A DNA stretch of 64,000 bases from Parcubacteria group bacterium (lineage in GTDB: Bacteria; Patescibacteriota; Minisyncoccia; Moranbacterales; UBA2206): assembly GCA_041659505.1 (NCBI GenBank), contig JBAZYF010000001.1, positions 35,654-99,653 of the forward strand. Direction: 5' to 3'. A program made the translations under genes and the position numbers. A model generated the notes under the pieces. The model had not been told where the DNA came from. It ran no database searches and was given only the letters and a program-made list of their open reading frames with translations. Position 1 is the stretch's first letter; each line of letters opens with the position of its first letter. Positions 18,855-28,138 of this stretch are shown here, piece after piece.

Positions 18855-19034
18855 TGTCATTCCCGCGAAGGCGGGAATCCAGGTTCCACTTGCCCTAAAC
18901 CCTGGAAAATCGAATTATAAATCCCCTAACTTCTTATTATCAACCAACAAATCCCGTTTTTCTTTTCTTATCACCTGAGGTGCCTGGATTCCCGCCGGAG
19001 TTTATCCTCGTGTAGACGGGGGCGGGAATGACAC
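18855..19034. mobile_element. MITE-like element, family 2, copy 1, between atpF and atpH
   Basis: TGTCATTCCCGCGAAGGCGGGAATCCAGGTTCCAC ... CACCTGAGGTGCCTGGATTCCCGCC ... GGGCGGGAATGACAC. A near-identical architecture occurs at 34207..34366. Confidence 0.7.
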
Positions 19035-19040
19035 AGGAGC

Positions 19041-19529
19041 TTACCTAATTGCTTTTTCGATTAACTCTTTATCTTTTTCCTTATCCAATTTCTCCCCAAT
19101 AATCTTCTCCGTCGCTAAAACTACCAAATTTGCAATCTCACCTTTCACTTCCGAGAGCATCTTATTTTTTTCTTGCTCGATCTGACTCTTGGCGCCAACT
19201 AGCAGTTTCTCGCCCTGGTTTCTCGCTTCAAGCACGATACTCATCGAATTAGCCTTAGCCTGATCTTCGGCAGTTTTAATAATTTCTTGCGCTTCTTTTT
19301 TTGCCTTAGCCATGACTGCTTTTTCTTTTTCAACAATCTCTTCCAGCTTCTTTCCGGCAGCATCAGCGTCTTCGAGACCTTTTTCAATCTTGTTCGTCCG
19401 ACTGTTGAGCGTCTTCAAAACCGGCTTGTAGGCGAATTTGTAAAGCACCCAAAGGACGATGGCAAAATTGACCATCTGCGCCACCAAGAGGTTGACCTCG
19501 ATATGAAATGTTTTGATGAGTTCATCCAT
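19041..19529 (-). CDS. atpF: Fo ATP synthase b subunit
   Basis: 162 aa. A single N-terminal TM helix followed by a long charged coiled coil. Confidence 0.8.
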   Translation of the reverse strand: MDELIKTFHIEVNLLVAQMVNFAIVLWVLYKFAYKPVLKTLNSRTNKIEKGLEDADAAGKKLEEIVEKEKAVMAKAKKEAQEIIKTAEDQAKANSMSIVLEARNQGEKLLVGAKSQIEQEKNKMLSEVKGEIANLVVLATEKIIGEKLDKEKDKELIEKAIR

Positions 19530-19670
19530 AATTATATTGCTTCATTGTTAAATTGTTAAATTGTTTTTTTAAACAATGAAGCAATTTAACAATTTAACCA
19601 TTTCTTAATTTAGCGTTCTTATCTCGATTTCCCTCTACTAAAAAAGAGAAACCGAATAAATTCGCTAGAA

Positions 19671-19895
<225 letters not shown>

Positions 19896-19970
19896 CTACT
19901 CTGACGGTCGACTATTTTTATTATCTTTAAAGTCGCCGTGAGAATAAATTAAAAAAATTAATTAACCCTG

Positions 19971-20831
19971 CTAATGCTCATGCTGTTCTACTGCGATTGT
20001 CATATATACCAGTGCTAGTATCGCAAAAATGAGCGCCTGAATGATACCCACAATCATTTCTAAAAACATAAACGGCAAAGGCAAGGCATAGGCAAACAGC
20101 GCCATCATCGAAGCCAACAGCACCTCTCCGGCAAAAATATTGCCAAAAAGCCGGAATGTGAGCGAAGCCACTTTAGCAAATTCACTAATCACCTCGACCA
20201 GCCCCACAAAAACCTTGATCGGATTAACGAGCACAACCGTATAATCCTTGCGGATTTTTCCGGGGATTTCCAAAAGCAATTTCACATTCACAAATTTATT
20301 GAAATAATTCCAAGCTCCTACAACCAGCACCCCCATCACGTGAGACGCGATGACTGCAATCAGCGCCAGTGCTAATGTTGTGTTGATGTCTGCAGTGCCT
20401 CCGCGGAGAAGCGGGATAAATAAATGATGTCCACCCTCTGTTTCATTAAAACCGATCGTCCCCATTCCAGGAATCAGTCCCAGCCAGTTGTTCACAAAAA
20501 TGAATAAAAAAAGCGCCAAAGAGATGGGCAAAAACTTTTCTGATTTTTTGCGTGATCCAGTCACGCTATCTGCCATTTCCAAGGCCTTTTCCAAAAGCAA
20601 TTCAAAAATATTTTGCACGCCTCTAGGTACTTTTTTAAGTTTTCTACCGACGGACACAAGAAAAATGACTAAAATAAAAACTGCCACCCAGCTGGCAAGC
20701 AGCGAATTAGTGACAGTGAGATGGCCGATATGCCCCAACGGTTCAGCAAACAGCGTCGCTTCATGACTCGCATCAGCATTTGGCGTTTGAGCAATTTCCT
20801 GGCTATTCGTTGTGACTGTTTGTTCTGCCAT
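19971..20831 (-). CDS. atpB: Fo ATP synthase a subunit
   Basis: 286 aa polytopic. LTFRLFGNIFAGEVLL matches the conserved Arg-containing helix of subunit a. Confidence 0.9.
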   Translation of the reverse strand: MAEQTVTTNSQEIAQTPNADASHEATLFAEPLGHIGHLTVTNSLLASWVAVFILVIFLVSVGRKLKKVPRGVQNIFELLLEKALEMADSVTGSRKKSEKFLPISLALFLFIFVNNWLGLIPGMGTIGFNETEGGHHLFIPLLRGGTADINTTLALALIAVIASHVMGVLVVGAWNYFNKFVNVKLLLEIPGKIRKDYTVVLVNPIKVFVGLVEVISEFAKVASLTFRLFGNIFAGEVLLASMMALFAYALPLPFMFLEMIVGIIQALIFAILALVYMTIAVEQHEH

Positions 20832-20849
20832 AATTATTCATTACTTATA

Positions 20850-21006
20850 TCCCCTTCTCCATTAGGGAGAAGGTGCCCGAAGGGCGGATGAGGGAGAAGT
20901 CTTTCAATAACCACCCTCAATACTCATAGCACTTTTTTTATATCAACACCCTTTTCCCTCACCTGTCACGAGTACGTGACATCCTCTCCCTAAGGGCGAG
21001 GAGGAT
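20850..21006. mobile_element. MITE-like element, family 3, copy 1
   Basis: Left arm CCCCTTCTCCATTAGGGAGAAGGTGCCCGAAGGGCGGATGAGGGAGAAG. Right arm CCCTTTTCCCTCACCTGTCACGAGTACGTGACATCCTCTCCCTAAGGGCGAGGAGG. The arms are mutually inverted. A homolog lies at 52680..52837. Confidence 0.65.
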
Positions 21007-21286
21007 TTTCTGAATTATTTTTTAATTGTTTCTTTTCATCAGCTTCCTTGTCGATCTGTTTCATTGCCTCCAATGAGTCCTTGACTATTCCGTAAGTTGA
21101 AACAACAAGAGCCACTCCCACACACAGCAGAAACAATTTCGGCTCAGTGGAATATCTTTTGTCCAGCCACTTTCCCAGAAATAATGCGATAATGACTGGC
21201 CCGCCGATCCAACCACTCAGTCGTCCGAACAAAACCAAACTTGGCTGCCACCACAGCATCTTTGTTTCCTTTTTCTTACTATTCAT
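20990..21286 (-). CDS. AtpZ/AtpI-like small membrane protein at the head of the ATP synthase operon
   Basis: 98 aa. WWQPSLVLFGRLSGWIGGPVIIALFLGKWLDKRY resembles the AtpZ (PF09527) pattern. The C-terminal codons overlap the family 3 element. Confidence 0.5.
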   Translation of the reverse strand: MNSKKKETKMLWWQPSLVLFGRLSGWIGGPVIIALFLGKWLDKRYSTEPKLFLLCVGVALVVSTYGIVKDSLEAMKQIDKEADEKKQLKNNSENPPRP

Positions 21287-21369
21287 ATTTTAGCTTATAC
21301 TACCCTTCTATTCTCCCGCAAAATGGGGAAAAAGTCAATAACTAGCAAAATTCAACCAAATTTACCGCA

Positions 21370-21906
21370 TCACAACAACTTCAAATAATCTAACCCCAAG
21401 TATCCTACCTCAACGTCGGTCATCTTACCACTTCTCAGGAGCTGACGAAAGTCATCCAGTGACAACAGTACAATTTCTGCGAATTCACTATCGTCTAGTT
21501 TTTGATTCGCAACTTTTTCGCAGTTTGTTGCGACCATGCAGCATCTATTCATAGTTGAATAAGCACAGTCATATGCCATAGTTACCAATTGCATTTTACC
21601 TTCATAACCAGTTTCTTCAAGTAACTCTCTTTCTGCGGCCTGTTTTGGAGATTCACCACTATCCACATATCCGCCAGGAAGCTCATCGAGAATTTTACCA
21701 GGACCGGGTCTATACTGCTTAACTAAAATCACTTGCTCATCTTTTGTTATGGCAAGTATTCCTACTGCAGGACCCTCTTTCTTAATATAGAAGTCCTTTT
21801 CTTTTCCATTCGTTAATCGAAATATAACCTTTTCAATTTTCCGGCTATATTTTTGAAAAACGATTTCGCGAGACAGCTCTTCCCATTCTTCAATCTTATT
21901 AATCAT
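21370..21906 (-). CDS. NUDIX hydrolase (ADP-ribose pyrophosphatase-like)
   Basis: Nudix box GGYVDSGESPKQAAERELLEETGY. Confidence 0.8.
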   Translation of the reverse strand: MINKIEEWEELSREIVFQKYSRKIEKVIFRLTNGKEKDFYIKKEGPAVGILAITKDEQVILVKQYRPGPGKILDELPGGYVDSGESPKQAAERELLEETGYEGKMQLVTMAYDCAYSTMNRCCMVATNCEKVANQKLDDSEFAEIVLLSLDDFRQLLRSGKMTDVEVGYLGLDYLKLL

Positions 21907-21934
21907 AAAATTAAATTAAACTATTATTCCGATA

Positions 21935-22768
21935 CTATAAATCAAAAAACCGCTCCGCCGTTTCTGATGTAATTTTTGCCACTTCCTCAAAATCAATATT
22001 TTTCACCTCCGCAATTTTTTGCGCCACATATTTCACGAAACTTGGCTCGTTCCTTTTTCCCCGCATCGGCACTGGTGCTAAGTATGGACAATCGGTTTCG
22101 AGCATAATTTTCTCAAGCGGGATTTTTTTAATCACCTCAAAAATTTCCGCGCCAGGTTTGTTGTAAGTAATATTGCCAGCAAAAGAAATTAGCATATTGG
22201 TTTTTTCTAAAACTTTTTTTGCAAATTCCAACCGTCCACCAAAACTATGCCAGACAAACTTCAAATCGGGAAATTTAGAAATGATTGCAAAAACATCTTC
22301 GTAGGCATCATCCGCTTCGCGATATGGACTTGGCGCAACAGGCCTCGATCCGCGACAATGCAAAATGACCGGCAATTTCAATTCTTTTGCAAATTCCAAC
22401 TGCAAAGCAAAACCTTTTTTCTGCAATTCTTTTTGCGCGTCAGTGACCAAGCTCCCATCGGGAATAAAATAGTCCAGACCGATTTCCCCGATCGCCACGA
22501 TTTCTTTGCTCGCAGATAGTGCTTTAAATTCTGGAATCTTGTCAAAACTTTTCTCAACATATTCCATAAAATAATGCGGGTGAAGACCGATCGAACAAAA
22601 AATATTGGCATATTTCTCAGCCAAAACCACACTGCGCTGGCTACTCCCCAACCCCGCGCCGATGTTGATGATTTTTTCCACGCCACCCTCAAATGCCCGC
22701 GCGATCACCTCGTCGCGGTCAGCATCGAATTGTTTGTCATCAATGTGAGCGTGAGTTTCAATTAGCAT
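21935..22768 (-). CDS. tatD: TatD-family metal-dependent DNase/hydrolase
   Basis: MLIETHAHIDD...GLHPH...GEIGLDY...HCR...H.F.G...ETD. The TatD His/Asp motif set. Confidence 0.8.
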   Translation of the reverse strand: MLIETHAHIDDKQFDADRDEVIARAFEGGVEKIINIGAGLGSSQRSVVLAEKYANIFCSIGLHPHYFMEYVEKSFDKIPEFKALSASKEIVAIGEIGLDYFIPDGSLVTDAQKELQKKGFALQLEFAKELKLPVILHCRGSRPVAPSPYREADDAYEDVFAIISKFPDLKFVWHSFGGRLEFAKKVLEKTNMLISFAGNITYNKPGAEIFEVIKKIPLEKIMLETDCPYLAPVPMRGKRNEPSFVKYVAQKIAEVKNIDFEEVAKITSETAERFFDL

Positions 22769-22794
22769 ATGAAAGTGTCATAAAAAAATATTGT

Positions 22795-22822
22795 CATTCC
22801 CGCGAAGGCGGGAATGACACAA
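22795..22822 (-). terminator. Solo family-2 palindrome acting as a metG terminator
   Basis: TGTCATTCCCGCGAAGGCGGGAATGACA is a 12-bp stem with a GAAG loop. On the minus strand it is followed by ATATTTTTTTATG. Confidence 0.55.
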
Positions 22823-22827
22823 GCAAG

Positions 22828-24255
22828 CTACTTAATTCTTTGAAATAAAACTTCATCCAGTTTTTTTGTTTCCAGTGCTTTTTTAATTTTCTCGGAAGTT
22901 CCAGGCATGAAAGGTGAAAGTAATTCTGAAATTAGCGAAATGTCTGTTAGTAATTTTTCCATCACTTCTCCAAATTTAACCTCGTCAGTTTTCGCCAGTT
23001 CCCATGGCTTATTATCTCCAATAAATTTATTATTATCCGCAATAATTTTCCAAATATCTGATAGCGCCTGATCAAATTCCATCTTGTTTAGAAAATTGGA
23101 AATTGAGTCATTCGGTCCGCCAACTGGCGGATTGAAATTTGGAATTTGAAATTTGAAATTCTCAGCAAGCTTAATCACTCGCGATAAAAGATTCCCCAAT
23201 CCATTCGCCAAATCAGCATTATATCTCTCAATTAATTTTTCCCAAGTAATATCAAAATCTTCACCAAAATTCGCCCCGGCTAAAAGCAGATAACGCGTTG
23301 CGTCTGTGCCGAACTTTTCTACCATTTCATAGGGTGAAATAACATTGCCAAGGGATTTGCTCATTTTTTGTCCATCGACCGTAATAAAACCATTCACAAA
23401 AACTTGCTTAGAATTAGAAAGTTTTGCTGACATGAGCATTGCCTGCCACATCGCTGATTGCTGGCGCAAATTATCCTTTCCGCAGACTTGCACTCCCGGC
23501 CAAAATTTTTCAAAATTTTCCAAGTTATTCGGCCAGCCCAGGGTTGAGATATAATTTACCAGTGCATCAAACCAAACATACATCACATGCTCATCATCAC
23601 CCGGAACCGGCACGCCCCAGGCCATCTTGCTTTTGAGTCGCGATATGCTAAAATCCTCCAGTCCCCTTTCCACAAAGCTCCGCACCTCATTCATCCTCTT
23701 GGCCGGCACGACAAAATCCGGATTATTCTTATATAATTCCAATAGCTTTTCTTGATAGGCAGAAAAGCGGAAAAAATAATTCTCTTCTTCGATGGTCTCA
23801 ATTTCCATATTGGGATGATCCGGACATTTCCCATCGATCAGTTCCGAATCAGTTTTTTCCAGCTCACACCCGACGCAATATTTTACCTTATAATTTTTCT
23901 TATATATATCGCCGTTCTTTTCACAAAGCTTCCAAAATTCCTGTACGGCTTTGATATGCTCCGCGTCTGTTGTTCGGATAAAGTTATCATAGCTCAAATT
24001 GAGCGAGGCTTTCAGTTTATCAAATTCCGGCACAACGCTATCACAATAACTTTGCGCGTCCATCCCCAGCTCAATTGCTTTTTGATAGATTTTTTGCCCA
24101 TGTTCATCTGTTCCAGTATTAAAAAACACTTCCTCACCTTGTTCGCGATGAAAGCGCGCCAGCACGTCCGCTTCAACAATTTCCTTGGCAAAGCCAATGT
24201 GTGGCTTAGCATTGACATAGGGCAACGTGGTTGTGATGTAAAATTTGTTTTTCAT
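22828..24255 (-). CDS. metG: Methionyl-tRNA synthetase, short form without a C-terminal domain
   Basis: LPYVNAKPHIGFA...ADV..RFHR..GEEVFF.TGTDEHGQKI aligns to the MetRS HIGH region. CxxC...C.DHP zinc knuckle. YVWFDALVNYIS. KMSKSLGN. Confidence 0.85.
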   Translation of the reverse strand: MKNKFYITTTLPYVNAKPHIGFAKEIVEADVLARFHREQGEEVFFNTGTDEHGQKIYQKAIELGMDAQSYCDSVVPEFDKLKASLNLSYDNFIRTTDAEHIKAVQEFWKLCEKNGDIYKKNYKVKYCVGCELEKTDSELIDGKCPDHPNMEIETIEEENYFFRFSAYQEKLLELYKNNPDFVVPAKRMNEVRSFVERGLEDFSISRLKSKMAWGVPVPGDDEHVMYVWFDALVNYISTLGWPNNLENFEKFWPGVQVCGKDNLRQQSAMWQAMLMSAKLSNSKQVFVNGFITVDGQKMSKSLGNVISPYEMVEKFGTDATRYLLLAGANFGEDFDITWEKLIERYNADLANGLGNLLSRVIKLAENFKFQIPNFNPPVGGPNDSISNFLNKMEFDQALSDIWKIIADNNKFIGDNKPWELAKTDEVKFGEVMEKLLTDISLISELLSPFMPGTSEKIKKALETKKLDEVLFQRIK

Positions 24256-24282
24256 ATTAACTTTTCTATTAAAATTTTAAAA

Positions 24283-24825
24283 TCAGTAGCCTCTATACTC
24301 TTTTCTTTTTTTATATAATTTTTCAGTAAATCCACCCTCTTTTGTATGTTTTTCTTCCAGTGCTATTATTTGCTTGTGCAACAAGTACGTCGCTTGGTGA
24401 CAAAGCGTTAAGAGCCAATTGGATGCACGCTCTTGATCTTCCGGAAGTTTTACTGTTTTGAGAATAGCAACATTTCTCGAACTACTCAAATATTTTATTA
24501 GCTTCGAGCTTTCTCTTCTAAACTTAATTGTTCGCATATCAGTTTTTCCCCACTCATTCAGATTATTCTGCCGTAAAAAATCTTCCAAGTCTCCAGTAAG
24601 CTCCTCCAGGGAACCCTTGGAAGTTCCAGAAAGTTTTATCGCAATCTTCATTGATGTTCCCATATCATCAGAACCCTCCACAATATTTTGTTTTCCGCTT
24701 CTTGCGGCTCCCAGCATTTGTTCTTTTAACTTATAGCTCCTTATCCAACGATCACAAAATACAACAGTATGATCATAAATAACCACAGAAAACCAATATG
24801 TAAATAATTTTTTATACGGCTGCAT
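24283..24825 (-). CDS. Four-helix-bundle protein (23S rRNA intervening-sequence protein family)
   Basis: 180 aa helical protein with QNIVEGS...SKGSLEEL and a C-terminal GGFTEKLYKKR tail resembling PF05635 members. Confidence 0.45.
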   Translation of the reverse strand: MQPYKKLFTYWFSVVIYDHTVVFCDRWIRSYKLKEQMLGAARSGKQNIVEGSDDMGTSMKIAIKLSGTSKGSLEELTGDLEDFLRQNNLNEWGKTDMRTIKFRRESSKLIKYLSSSRNVAILKTVKLPEDQERASNWLLTLCHQATYLLHKQIIALEEKHTKEGGFTEKLYKKRKEYRGY

Positions 24826-24874
24826 AAGAAATTACTTGAGCAACTTAAGAATCTTAAGGTACTTAAAAAAATAC

Positions 24875-25567
24875 TTAATACACGATTAATACAACCTCTC
24901 CTTTAACTTTATCTTTATTCTCCAAAAAATATCCTAAAACTTCCTCAATTGTTCCGCGTACGATTTCTTCGAACATTTTTGTCAGCTCGCGACCGAGGAT
25001 AATTTTTTTCTCCGGTGCCAGACTTTTTAGCAGTTCCAGATTTTTGATGAGACGATGAGGAGATTCGAAATAGCTGACTGGATATTTTTGCGCGACGACT
25101 TCTTTAAAAAAAGTTTCTCGGCCTTTTTTGTGCGGTGGAAAACCTAGGAACACAAAGCGGGTAAGATCAATTCCGGAAACGCTTGCCAAAGTCGTGAGCG
25201 CGCTGACGCCGGGAACCGGAATGACAGCGATAGAATTTTCCACCGCGCGCGCCACCAACTGATTACCCGGGTCTGATATACCCGGCGTTCCCGCGTCCGT
25301 GATCAGCGCGATATTTTTTCCGCTCGTCAGTTCTGCTGTCAGATAATCTAATTTTGGCACCGGTTTTTTTGCTCCGCCTTCTCGTTGAATTTGATAGAAA
25401 GAAGTCGTCGACGTTTTAATCTCATAGCGATCCAAAAGCTTGCGACTGGTCCGCGTATCCTCGCACACGACTAAATCGACCTTTTCCAAGGTCTCAATTG
25501 CCCGATTAGTAATATCACCTAGATTACCAATCGGCGTCGCTACGATGTATAATATACCAGAATTCAT
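24875..25567 (-). CDS. rsmI: 16S rRNA (cytidine1402-2'-O)-methyltransferase
   Basis: ILYIVATPIGNLGDIT.RA...L...D....EDTR is the tetrapyrrole-methylase-like RsmI signature. 230 aa. Confidence 0.85.
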   Translation of the reverse strand: MNSGILYIVATPIGNLGDITNRAIETLEKVDLVVCEDTRTSRKLLDRYEIKTSTTSFYQIQREGGAKKPVPKLDYLTAELTSGKNIALITDAGTPGISDPGNQLVARAVENSIAVIPVPGVSALTTLASVSGIDLTRFVFLGFPPHKKGRETFFKEVVAQKYPVSYFESPHRLIKNLELLKSLAPEKKIILGRELTKMFEEIVRGTIEEVLGYFLENKDKVKGEVVLIVY

Positions 25568-25642
25568 TGCTAGATTGTCTAATTTTGCTTAATATACCTA
25601 ACTTACCAACAATTTAACAATTTAGCAATACAACAATGGAAG

Positions 25643-26668
25643 CTATTCTGCCTTTCTTCTCTCCATAAAATCGTTAATTACCAAACTGATCGCAGTTGCC
25701 ACTGGAATGGCCAAAATTGCACCCAACACTCCACCCAGACGCAAGCCCACAAGAAGAGCAATGATCGTTGCGACCGGATTGAGTCCGACCGCTTTTTTCA
25801 TCACTTGAGGAACAATCACGTGATTTTCCACCTGTTGCGCGATAAGATAGACGAGAAGGGCGAGAAATCCCGTTGTGGGAGAAATCAAAAAGCCTAAAAT
25901 TATACCAGGAATGGCGGAAATGATCGGCCCGATATAGGGAACTATTTCCATCACACCGGCAAAAATCGCCAGGATCAGCGCGTAAGGAACACCGACCAAA
26001 TAAAGTCCGATCGCATCCAGGACAAAAATTATGAGCATCAAAAGTAATTGCCCCAGCATCCATTTCCCAATCTTTTCTTTGACTCTTGTTGCAAGGTTAG
26101 CGGCATAATTTTTAAAACGATCCGGCGTAACCGAGATGATGAACTTCTTGATTCCATTTTCCTCGACTGTCATATAGAACGCCAGAGAAAAAACCACGAT
26201 TATGGAAATGAACCCGGAAAAAACATTGGCCGTTGTAGAAAAAATATCTCCCGAAAGTCCTGTTAGTGATCTGGAAAAATTATTCGACAATTGTTCTAGA
26301 TCAAGCTGGATATTTTTGCTAGCAAAAAAATCTTTCAAATGAGAAAGAGAGGTCGCTCCAGATTGGAAATAGCTGGGAAAATTTTGGGAAAAATCCTGAA
26401 ACTGAGCAATCATCGGCGGGATAAGAAATGAAATGGCTAGGCCAATGGCGAGAAATAGCAAAAAAAACAACCCTAAAACACCGGCCGTACGCGGAATTTT
26501 CCACCTCTGTAACCAGTCCACTAGCGGGTCCATCGCCGAAGTAATAATTACCGCGATAAAAACCAAAGCGATCACATCCATCACAAGATACATAAACCAT
26601 AGTCCCAGGAGGATGAGGATGGTGCGAAAAACTATTCCGGTCGAAATTTCAATTTCATTTTTTTGCAT
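25643..26668 (-). CDS. AI-2E family transporter (PerM/UPF0118)
   Basis: 341 aa, eight TM helices. EIVPYIGPIISAIPGIILGF motif. Confidence 0.75.
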   Translation of the reverse strand: MQKNEIEISTGIVFRTILILLGLWFMYLVMDVIALVFIAVIITSAMDPLVDWLQRWKIPRTAGVLGLFFLLFLAIGLAISFLIPPMIAQFQDFSQNFPSYFQSGATSLSHLKDFFASKNIQLDLEQLSNNFSRSLTGLSGDIFSTTANVFSGFISIIVVFSLAFYMTVEENGIKKFIISVTPDRFKNYAANLATRVKEKIGKWMLGQLLLMLIIFVLDAIGLYLVGVPYALILAIFAGVMEIVPYIGPIISAIPGIILGFLISPTTGFLALLVYLIAQQVENHVIVPQVMKKAVGLNPVATIIALLVGLRLGGVLGAILAIPVATAISLVINDFMERRKAE

Positions 26669-26683
26669 AAAATCAGTATTAGA

Positions 26684-26857
26684 ACTTACGCACTTGACCG
26701 AGTCAGCCGTGTTTTCTTAAAAAATCCTGTCTGAGAATGCCTTTTTTCTTCAAAATTTTCCATTGGCTGCCTTTGATAGAGGGAAAATTTTGAAAAGAAA
26801 AAAGAGCGTTCGAGTTATTTTTTTAGAAAACACGGCTGCGAGGCAAAACACGTATAT
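26684..26857. mobile_element. MITE-like element, family 1, copy B, inverted relative to copy A
   Basis: Its reverse complement aligns base-for-base with 6357..6531 over its whole length, roughly 85-90% identical by eye, including the CAGCCGTRTTTTCTAAAAAA terminal repeats. Confidence 0.75.
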
Positions 26858-26865
26858 CCTAAATA

Positions 26866-28134
26866 TTAAATACTCAATAATTTTTGCAACTTTTCACTAT
26901 TCTTGTGCGGTCCGATAATTGCTAAATTTAATTTTTTATTTTGAAAAATATCTTTTGCCACTTGCAAAATATCTTCCGGTGTCACTGAATCGACCCGGCG
27001 GAAAATTTCTTCCCGCTTCAAAATCTCACGCCGCGAAAGTTCCTGCCCGACAAAAAACATTGCGACCTCGTCCGACGCTTCCATCCCCATTACCATCTTG
27101 CCTTTGATGTAATCCTTGGCTTTTTGTAATTCCTTTTCCGGCACTTTTTCCGTCGCAATCTTTTTGTATTCAGCTAAAATTGTTTCTAGCGCTAGCGTCA
27201 GATTTTTATGTTCCACGCCCGCTTGTGTCGCCAGATATCCACACTCCTCAAATGATTCAGTGTTAGTGCGGACATAATAGGCTAAACCTTTTTTCTCTCG
27301 CACTTCCATAAACAGCCGACTAGACATATTCCCGCCGAGAATAATCGAAAGCAAGGAAAGTGCGAAACGCCTTTCACTATATTGGTCATAGGCGCGCGCA
27401 CCCAAAATCAATTGCGTCTGATCAGTTTTTTTAAATTTAATCTTCACCGCCGGAACTTTTTGCGTTTCTTTCACTTTTTTGAGTTGTGGTTTTTTGCCGT
27501 CAGACATTTCGCGGAAATATTTTTTCACCCGCTCCACCAGTTTCTTTTCATCAAACTTTCCCGCCACACAAATCACAGTGTCATTAGAGAGATAGAACCG
27601 TTTCATATATTTCAAAAAATCCTTGCGCTTGAAACTATTGATCGTTTTTTTGTACCCAATAATATCCCGCCCCAGATCAGTTCCCGGATAGAGCAAATTT
27701 TCAAACACATCGCCAACGTTGCGCATCGGCATATCCTCATACATATTCAATTCCTGGATGATCGTTCCGCGCTCTTTTTCCAGTTCCACTTCTTCGATTT
27801 TGGAATGCAGATACATATCCGACACAACATCCAGCGCTGTGTCAATGTGCTTGGCGTCAACTTTGACATAATAGCCAGTCGAATCTTTGGAAGTGAAAGC
27901 ATTGAATTCTCCGCCAATCGCATCCAATTCTTCCGCAATTGAAAGTGTCGTTGGCCTTTTTTCCGTTCCCTTAAAAAACATATGCTCGATAAAATGAGAA
28001 AGCCCAGCTTCCTTTTCCGCTTCATAGCGACTGCCGACACCCACTATCACCACAACCGTCACAGTTTGCGTCTCAAGCATCGGCACGGTCAAAATTCTCA
28101 GGCCGTTTTTTAGATTGGTTTTTTTATAATTCAT
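26866..28134 (-). CDS. M16-family zinc peptidase (insulinase-like)
   Basis: The inverted zincin motif HFIEHMFFKGT (HxxEH) and a downstream Glu. Confidence 0.8.
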   Translation of the reverse strand: MNYKKTNLKNGLRILTVPMLETQTVTVVVIVGVGSRYEAEKEAGLSHFIEHMFFKGTEKRPTTLSIAEELDAIGGEFNAFTSKDSTGYYVKVDAKHIDTALDVVSDMYLHSKIEEVELEKERGTIIQELNMYEDMPMRNVGDVFENLLYPGTDLGRDIIGYKKTINSFKRKDFLKYMKRFYLSNDTVICVAGKFDEKKLVERVKKYFREMSDGKKPQLKKVKETQKVPAVKIKFKKTDQTQLILGARAYDQYSERRFALSLLSIILGGNMSSRLFMEVREKKGLAYYVRTNTESFEECGYLATQAGVEHKNLTLALETILAEYKKIATEKVPEKELQKAKDYIKGKMVMGMEASDEVAMFFVGQELSRREILKREEIFRRVDSVTPEDILQVAKDIFQNKKLNLAIIGPHKNSEKLQKLLSI

Positions 28135-28138
28135 AAGA

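Noticed and set aside
19530-19620. Palindrome TTGCTTCATTGTTTAAATTGTTAAATTGTTTTTTTAAACAATGAAGCAA upstream of atpF as another mobile-element family
   Set aside because: It occurs only once in the window. It is more likely a local regulatory hairpin or an atpE-atpF intergenic structure. Not enough evidence for mobility.
22828-24255. Cysteinyl-tRNA synthetase, because of the KMSKSLGN motif
   Set aside because: The N-terminal alignment, the CxxC...C.DHP zinc knuckle and the YVWFDAL motif match MetRS, not CysRS.
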